This document shows positions 27,143 through 32,000 of a DNA stretch of 32,000 nucleotides, one piece after another (within the stretch, counting starts at the first letter, position 1; the number at the start of each line of letters is the position of its first letter). A model generated the notes under the pieces. It searched no databases and had not been told where the DNA came from. It saw nothing but the letters and a program-made list of their open reading frames with translations. Source of the DNA: Raphidiopsis brookii D9. GTDB taxonomy: Bacteria; Cyanobacteriota; Cyanobacteriia; Cyanobacteriales; Nostocaceae. The translations under genes and the position numbers were made by a program. The stretch lies in assembly GCA_000175855.1 (NCBI GenBank), contig ACYB01000035.1, positions 450,001-482,000 of the forward strand, written 5' to 3'.

Positions 27143-28714
27143 GTGTCAAAACCTAGCGACAAAATCATAACTGGGTCCGGGGACCAATCTCCCAAGATTG
27201 GTCGTCGTCATCGCAAACACAGGTCTCAAGACCACACACAAAAGACAACTGCAAAAACTGCCCAAAGGACACAATCAAAACCGGCTAAGATGCAATCTAT
27301 GGGTCTAAACTATCAACAACATGTTAAAGTATTACCCACAGGTGCCTCTAATAAGCATGAACGCAATGAAACTGATAAAGTAAGGAAATCACAACGCCTG
27401 GTAGTATCCGGTAATGTGAAACCTACTCCTAAGCTATCTAGCAAAATGACCGGGAGTAACCCCAAGGTCAAAACATTACGTGTACCCGCACATCCCAAAA
27501 AATACGCCCATCCATCCCGAAAAGCAAGGTTAAAACCAGCAGCTAATATTATTTTGTATGCCTTGCGACTGTTAATTGTGGGGGTGGGTTTGGGTGCAAT
27601 TGTGGGCACCCTATTGTCAGTGTTAGACCCGGCCAATCGAATTACCACTAACTCCATTAATCCACCTGTAACTCCAAGTTCTTCCCCCCAATCTCCCATT
27701 AATAGTTCCGGACTGGTCATATCTCGGGAAATTACCCCTCTGAAAACCACTATCGAAAACCTATCAGCAGCTAACCCTAATCTCATCCCCGGTGTGTTTA
27801 TAGTGGATATAGATTCCGGTGCATATGTGGATGTTAGTGGGAACAATAATTTCCCCGCAGCTAGTACTATTAAGATACCAGTTCTAGTGGCTTTTTTAGA
27901 GGATGTTGATAGGGGCAAAATTCGTCTCGATGAAATCTTAACTATGGAGCAAGAAATGGTAGCAGGAGGTTCTGGTAATTTAAGAACTATGCCTGTAGGT
28001 ACTAAGCTGAAATCCATTGAAGTAGCTACCAAAATGATGACTATCAGTGACAACACTGCTACAAATATGTTGATTAGTAAATTGGGAGGGAAAGAGTTAT
28101 TAAACTCCCGTTTTCGTAGTTGGGGACTAGTAAATACTGCCATTCAAAGTCCATTACCAGATTTAGAGGGTACTAATACTACCTCTCCTAAAGAGTTGGC
28201 CAGCTTAATTGCCAAAGTTAATCAGGGTGAATTAATATCCATGCGATCGCGTGATTTGATGTTGGATATTATGCGACGTACCCAAAGGGATGATTTATTA
28301 CCTGCTGGGTTAGGGGAAGGAGCGACAGCATATCATAAAACCGGTGATATTGGGACAATGTTAGCAGATGCTGGTTTGATTGATGTTCCTACGGGTAAAC
28401 GTTACATTGCTAGTATTATGGTGAAACGTCCTCATAATGAACCTGCTGCAGCAAAGTTAATCAATTCTATATCTCAAGCCACTTATTCTTATTTAAGTCA
28501 GAGTAATTTCTCCCCTGATGGTTCTACCAATAATCAACCATCAAGCAATCAAAGGTTAAATAATTCTTCCACTCCATTTACCCAACCATTTCTCCAACCT
28601 CAAGGTGGCAATTCAAATATTCCCAATGCTACAATCAACAATGCACCCCTGGGAAATTATCAGTCTCCTCTGAATAATCCCCCATATTATCCACCACAAT
28701 CTCATCCGAACTAA
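27143..28714 (+). CDS. Membrane-anchored serine hydrolase with a class-A beta-lactamase fold and low-complexity termini; GTG start
   Basis: SxxK (ASTIK), SDN (ISDNTATN) and KTG (HKTGD) motifs in the right order. The basic N-terminal roughly 130 aa is followed by one TM helix (IILYALRLLIVGVGLGAIVGTLL). The C-terminal tail is rich in N, Q and P. Confidence 0.75.
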   Translation: MSKPSDKIITGSGDQSPKIGRRHRKHRSQDHTQKTTAKTAQRTQSKPAKMQSMGLNYQQHVKVLPTGASNKHERNETDKVRKSQRLVVSGNVKPTPKLSSKMTGSNPKVKTLRVPAHPKKYAHPSRKARLKPAANIILYALRLLIVGVGLGAIVGTLLSVLDPANRITTNSINPPVTPSSSPQSPINSSGLVISREITPLKTTIENLSAANPNLIPGVFIVDIDSGAYVDVSGNNNFPAASTIKIPVLVAFLEDVDRGKIRLDEILTMEQEMVAGGSGNLRTMPVGTKLKSIEVATKMMTISDNTATNMLISKLGGKELLNSRFRSWGLVNTAIQSPLPDLEGTNTTSPKELASLIAKVNQGELISMRSRDLMLDIMRRTQRDDLLPAGLGEGATAYHKTGDIGTMLADAGLIDVPTGKRYIASIMVKRPHNEPAAAKLINSISQATYSYLSQSNFSPDGSTNNQPSSNQRLNNSSTPFTQPFLQPQGGNSNIPNATINNAPLGNYQSPLNNPPYYPPQSHPN

Positions 28715-28845
28715 CAGGGAATTATGACGTCTCCATCAATTCAATTTTTTGCGGGTCTATTTGAAGAAATCAGTAATGTAAGTTTACGTCGAGAGGTCAG
28801 GACTGTGGATCTTATGTAAATGCTGAAAAGGTAAACAGTTATAAG

Positions 28846-29418
28846 ATGGAAGTTCAGGATGAGCACCCGATCTTTAATTCTTGGGGTGGAACAGTTACAA
28901 CCTATAATGAGTTTACATTTCTGAAATGTCCTCAATGCTTTCAACCTTTCCTCACTTGTACGGAATATTGTAATGGCTCAGAGTCTTATAATGATTTTGA
29001 GTATGCTCAAGTAAAAACTTTATATCCAATATCAAATACTAGTAGCGTATATAGAGTACCTACATACATAAGAAAATCATTTCAGGAGGCTTTCTTATGT
29101 CTAAATGCCAAAGCATTTTCGGCATGTATAGCTATGTGTATAAAAACTATAGAGTCTATATGTGAGGAGCATAAAATTGAGGGTAATTCTCTAAAAGAAA
29201 AGCTGGAAATAATGAGACAGCAAGAAATTATTAATCACCATCTTTATAACTGGGCGAGTAATTTAAAACTACAGGATTTATCCTGTGACGTGGACATAAA
29301 CTTTAATCAGAATGATGCTCAACAGATAGTTGAGTTGACTGATTTAGTGATTGAGTACATTTTCAGGTACAGGAAGAATTTTGAGTTGTTTAAGAAAACA
29401 AAACTTGGTGACAAATAA
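28846..29418 (+). CDS. Hypothetical protein, DUF4145-like, with an N-terminal Cys-rich (zinc-ribbon-like) segment
   Basis: 190 aa. It has CPQC...C..YC at the N-terminus, then YP-x10-P..IRKSFQEAFLCLNAKAFSACIAMCIKTIESIC, which resembles the DUF4145 core. The gene is visibly more AT-rich than its neighbours and uses many ATA/AGA/AGG codons. Confidence 0.55.
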   Translation: MEVQDEHPIFNSWGGTVTTYNEFTFLKCPQCFQPFLTCTEYCNGSESYNDFEYAQVKTLYPISNTSSVYRVPTYIRKSFQEAFLCLNAKAFSACIAMCIKTIESICEEHKIEGNSLKEKLEIMRQQEIINHHLYNWASNLKLQDLSCDVDINFNQNDAQQIVELTDLVIEYIFRYRKNFELFKKTKLGDK

Positions 29419-29435
29419 AAATGCAACATAACAAA

Positions 29436-30044
29436 CTAGCTTTTAGGTGCTTCTATATAAGACCTATTTAAATTTATACCTTCTGCTCCCGTATAACCAG
29501 TACCAACCCATACAATAGCGCGAAATCCATCACGAATAACCTTTTCTATTGGTTCTGGATCAGTTCTGGAAGGAACAGATATTGGTTTAAGACTAATATC
29601 TCTAGTTCCCAAAATAATTTCGCCAACCACACGGGCACGACGCATGTGAAAATCGGATGTAATTAAATAAACACTTTTAATCTTTTTGTCTTGTAAATCA
29701 TCTACTATAGTAGTAAAGTTAGTTACCGTGTCTACTGCTTCATAATCTAAATGTAAACGACTTAAATTAACTCCAGCTTTTTTAAACACCTTTTTTGTGT
29801 GATCAGCTGGACTCCCACCAGTAATCCATATTGGTATGTTGGGATGTTTTTTAGCAAAATTGGCAGCAAACCTCTCTCGCTCTAAATGCTTACTTGAACC
29901 ACCTAAAACCAAAACAGCTTGTGGAATTGAAAATTGGTTCTGGACTTCTCTGTATCCCCACCAGATAAAAATTGGCAGAATAAAGAACATAATGGGCAAA
30001 GATTTACCTTTAAACAATGGCCTTTTCCGGTGTGTAAATTCCAC
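29436..30044 (-). CDS. YdcF/ElyC/SanA-type DUF218 domain protein
   Basis: N-terminal TM helix, then VLVLGG, WITGG and ITSDFHMRRA motifs characteristic of DUF218. 202 aa. Confidence 0.7.
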   Translation of the reverse strand: MEFTHRKRPLFKGKSLPIMFFILPIFIWWGYREVQNQFSIPQAVLVLGGSSKHLERERFAANFAKKHPNIPIWITGGSPADHTKKVFKKAGVNLSRLHLDYEAVDTVTNFTTIVDDLQDKKIKSVYLITSDFHMRRARVVGEIILGTRDISLKPISVPSRTDPEPIEKVIRDGFRAIVWVGTGYTGAEGINLNRSYIEAPKS

Positions 30045-30164
30045 CTCAATTGTATTTCCTCAAGAGAATTTTTGGTAACTAGGAAAAGGACTATTTTTTT
30101 TAAAAACGACTTATCCGGTCTCTAACTAGCGGTTTTGATGTATAGCCATATTTCCAGAAAGGGA

Positions 30165-31385
30165 TTAAACCTCTTCGATCAGTGCTAAAACTTGTTTGGG
30201 TAATAATTTTTCTTTAAACCAAATAATTTTGGCAGGAACATTATCCAATTTCACCCCGGATTTTTCCAGGTTCAACTTTTCAGAAATTGCCAGAATGAGG
30301 TTATGACAATTTGCTCTTTTCACCTGGGCAAATTTCTTTTTTAAATATTCCGGTTGCCAATAGCCAACAATTTCTAACAAAAAACTCCTTCCGTCAGGAT
30401 GCACAAAACGAAAGTCTGGTATGATTACACTTCCAGGGATGGGAATTAAATCTACTTCTCTTTCTAAAAACCAACCAGTTTTCATAGCATCCCATTTATC
30501 AGCGAAGGAATGGTCTAACATGCTGTCGTATGGTTTACCTTGGCGATAATGAGAGATTAGACCACATTCAGAATTTAGGGTAAATCTACTGGTTTTCCAT
30601 TCCTGGGTATATGGGTCTTTTATTTGCAAGGTGGTTGATAAACTCCATTTAGTCACATGGAGCAAAGCTGGGATCATTTTAGCTATGGATAATCCGTATC
30701 GCGTACTGGAGGTAAATAAACTTGTTGGACCATCAATGGTGATTGTGAAACCGTGGTTTCCATCACCCTCAATATAGGCCATTAACTGAAATAATTTTAG
30801 ATATCGAAATAATAATTTATATTCTCTTGGTGAATTACGGTGAGCATTTAAGATTAATTGGGTAGCTTTATAGAAAATACCTTGCACCTGGGATAAGTTA
30901 TAACGGTGTAATAGGTCTTCTGGTTTAGGAACATCAAATGCGGTGAGGATTCTATTTTCCAAGAGATCAGCATAAAGACCTTCAGCAATCTGAATTGGTA
31001 AGATTTCCCTTTGCAGTTCTTGACTAAGGTTGGCAGCAATTTGGCTAAAAATTATCTCGGTGTTTTGGGGACTAGCAACTGATCGAGCTGCTAGGGTGAA
31101 TACCTTTTCCCTTAACAGTTGTGGTTCTAGGGGACTGATAATTTCAAAATTGCAAAAACTACTTTTGAGGATGTAGCCTAAACCGCGTTTCATTCTATAG
31201 TCTGTGGTCTCACCCTCAAAATCTATAAGTTGTCTTTCCAAATATCCTTGGGTTTTTCCTAGAGCATCTTGAAAAAAGTTAATTAAATTATTTGCTAGGG
31301 CTAAATTTTTATCATCCAGTTTCAGTCTCTTGGGAATGATTTCTTCTCCGGTTTGACGATAAATCAGTAGTTCAGTCGGTAACAT
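30165..31385 (-). CDS. DUF790-family protein (Bax1-like nuclease partner of XPB helicase)
   Basis: 406 aa. The C-terminal PD-(D/E)xK-like core is IPDFRFVHPDGRSFLLEIVGYWQPEYLKKK. Its start overlaps the upstream helicase stop by 14 nt. The size and the pairing with an XPB-type helicase match the DUF790/Bax1 family as I recall it. Confidence 0.7.
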   Translation of the reverse strand: MLPTELLIYRQTGEEIIPKRLKLDDKNLALANNLINFFQDALGKTQGYLERQLIDFEGETTDYRMKRGLGYILKSSFCNFEIISPLEPQLLREKVFTLAARSVASPQNTEIIFSQIAANLSQELQREILPIQIAEGLYADLLENRILTAFDVPKPEDLLHRYNLSQVQGIFYKATQLILNAHRNSPREYKLLFRYLKLFQLMAYIEGDGNHGFTITIDGPTSLFTSSTRYGLSIAKMIPALLHVTKWSLSTTLQIKDPYTQEWKTSRFTLNSECGLISHYRQGKPYDSMLDHSFADKWDAMKTGWFLEREVDLIPIPGSVIIPDFRFVHPDGRSFLLEIVGYWQPEYLKKKFAQVKRANCHNLILAISEKLNLEKSGVKLDNVPAKIIWFKEKLLPKQVLALIEEV

Positions 31386-32000
31386 CTTTTTGATGCTTTG
31401 ATTTCGTTAATTTCTTGGTCAAGTAGTTAATTTCTGTCGGTTGGGCAACTTTTGTTTCCAGTTCTTGATTATCCCCATATACAATGCCTAATTCACCTTT
31501 TTTCCTTTTTTCCTCCGGTCTATTTCCAGAGTGTGTTTCCATACCTCTTAATCCCTTTCTTCTGATTGATGTTCCTTCTTCACTCGTATCTTCTGCTATG
31601 ACTTCATATAAAATTGCCCGTTTATTTCCTTGATTTCCTTTCCTTAAAATTCTTCCTAACCTCTGAGTATATTCCCTGATAGAACCAGTACCAGAAAGAA
31701 TAATAGCCACCGCAGCAGCAGGAACATCTACCCCCTCGTTTAAAACATGGGAAGCTACTAAGGTAGTATATGTTCCTTGCTTAAATTTGGTGAGGATTTC
31801 GTGTCTCTCTTTAACTGGGGTTTGATGGGTAATTGCAGGAATTAACAACTCCCGGGAAATACGATAAACCGTGGTGTTATCAGCTGTAAAAACCAACACC
31901 ATTTCTGGATAGTGATCAGCCAGTAAGTCAGCTAAAACTCTCATTTTCCCCTCCGTTCCCAAAGCAATCTCTTTTGCTTGTCGATGCGCTAACATAGCTC
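31372..32000 (-). CDS. XPB/Rad25/ERCC3-like SF2 DNA helicase, C-terminal part (5' end outside the window)
   Basis: Helicase C-terminal domain with motifs IV-VI (VLVFT; ERHEILTKFKQG; LVASHVLNEGVDVP; SGTGSIREYTQRLGRILRK). The frame is open to the window edge at 32000. A charged tail of about 70 aa follows motif VI. Confidence 0.8.
   Translation of the reverse strand, partial: AMLAHRQAKEIALGTEGKMRVLADLLADHYPEMVLVFTADNTTVYRISRELLIPAITHQTPVKERHEILTKFKQGTYTTLVASHVLNEGVDVPAAAVAIILSGTGSIREYTQRLGRILRKGNQGNKRAILYEVIAEDTSEEGTSIRRKGLRGMETHSGNRPEEKRKKGELGIVYGDNQELETKVAQPTEINYLTKKLTKSKHQKDVTD

Noticed and set aside
27313-28143. 276-aa ORF antisense to the beta-lactamase-fold gene
   Set aside because: It lies entirely inside a motif-bearing gene on the opposite strand. 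Its translation is low-complexity with no recognisable motif. It is a typical shadow ORF.
27143-28714. Calling the SxxK/SDN/KTG protein an antibiotic-resistance beta-lactamase
   Set aside because: The TM-anchored architecture with long disordered termini and a chromosomal housekeeping context are unlike mobile resistance enzymes. Only the fold assignment is supported.
1-32000. Search for CRISPR arrays, tRNA/rRNA genes, IS elements or integrases
   Set aside because: I saw no spaced direct repeats, no tRNA-like T-arm motifs in intergenic regions, and no transposase- or integrase-like ORFs. The only tandem repeats are the 11-mer at 21015-21045 and a trivial 7-mer duplication (ATTGCGT x2, near 4645-4660).

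Overview
This is a chromosomal window from an AT-rich cyanobacterium, probably Nostocales-like. That placement is an inference from strong enrichment of the HIP1 octamer GCGATCGC, an ndhA-ndhI-ndhG-ndhE cluster, chlP, and the general look of the proteins. I support about 31 protein-coding genes. I saw no rRNA, tRNA, CRISPR array or transposase. Most genes are housekeeping: cobS (partial), chlP, cysA-like ATPase, lipA, a UPF0182 membrane protein, cbiA/cobB, sixA, gltA, ndhAIGE, nadK, a dienelactone hydrolase, an S1-domain protein, rimM, an AvtA-like aminotransferase, an MscS-family channel, a TrmJ-like methyltransferase and a class-A beta-lactamase-fold hydrolase. The stand-out is a tightly packed minus-strand operon (26150 to 21029). 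It starts with a readable guanidine-I (ykkC) riboswitch and its terminator. These are followed by an arginase-fold hydrolase, HypA and HypB nickel-chaperone paralogs with no hydrogenase nearby, and a NitT/TauT-type ABC importer. I read this as a riboswitch-gated guanidine uptake and Ni-dependent guanidine hydrolase system of the GdmH/GhaA/GhaB type. Standard annotation would likely mislabel it as agmatinase, hydrogenase maturation and sulfonate transport. The 3' end of the window (28.7-32 kb) looks accessory. It holds an AT-rich orphan DUF4145 gene, a DUF218/YdcF gene, and an overlapping XPB-like helicase / DUF790 (Bax1-like) nuclease pair. Two genes carry homopolymer-associated frame anomalies: a compensated double frameshift in cbiA, and a missing in-frame start in rimM. 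All calls rest on motif recognition by eye; no database search was possible.
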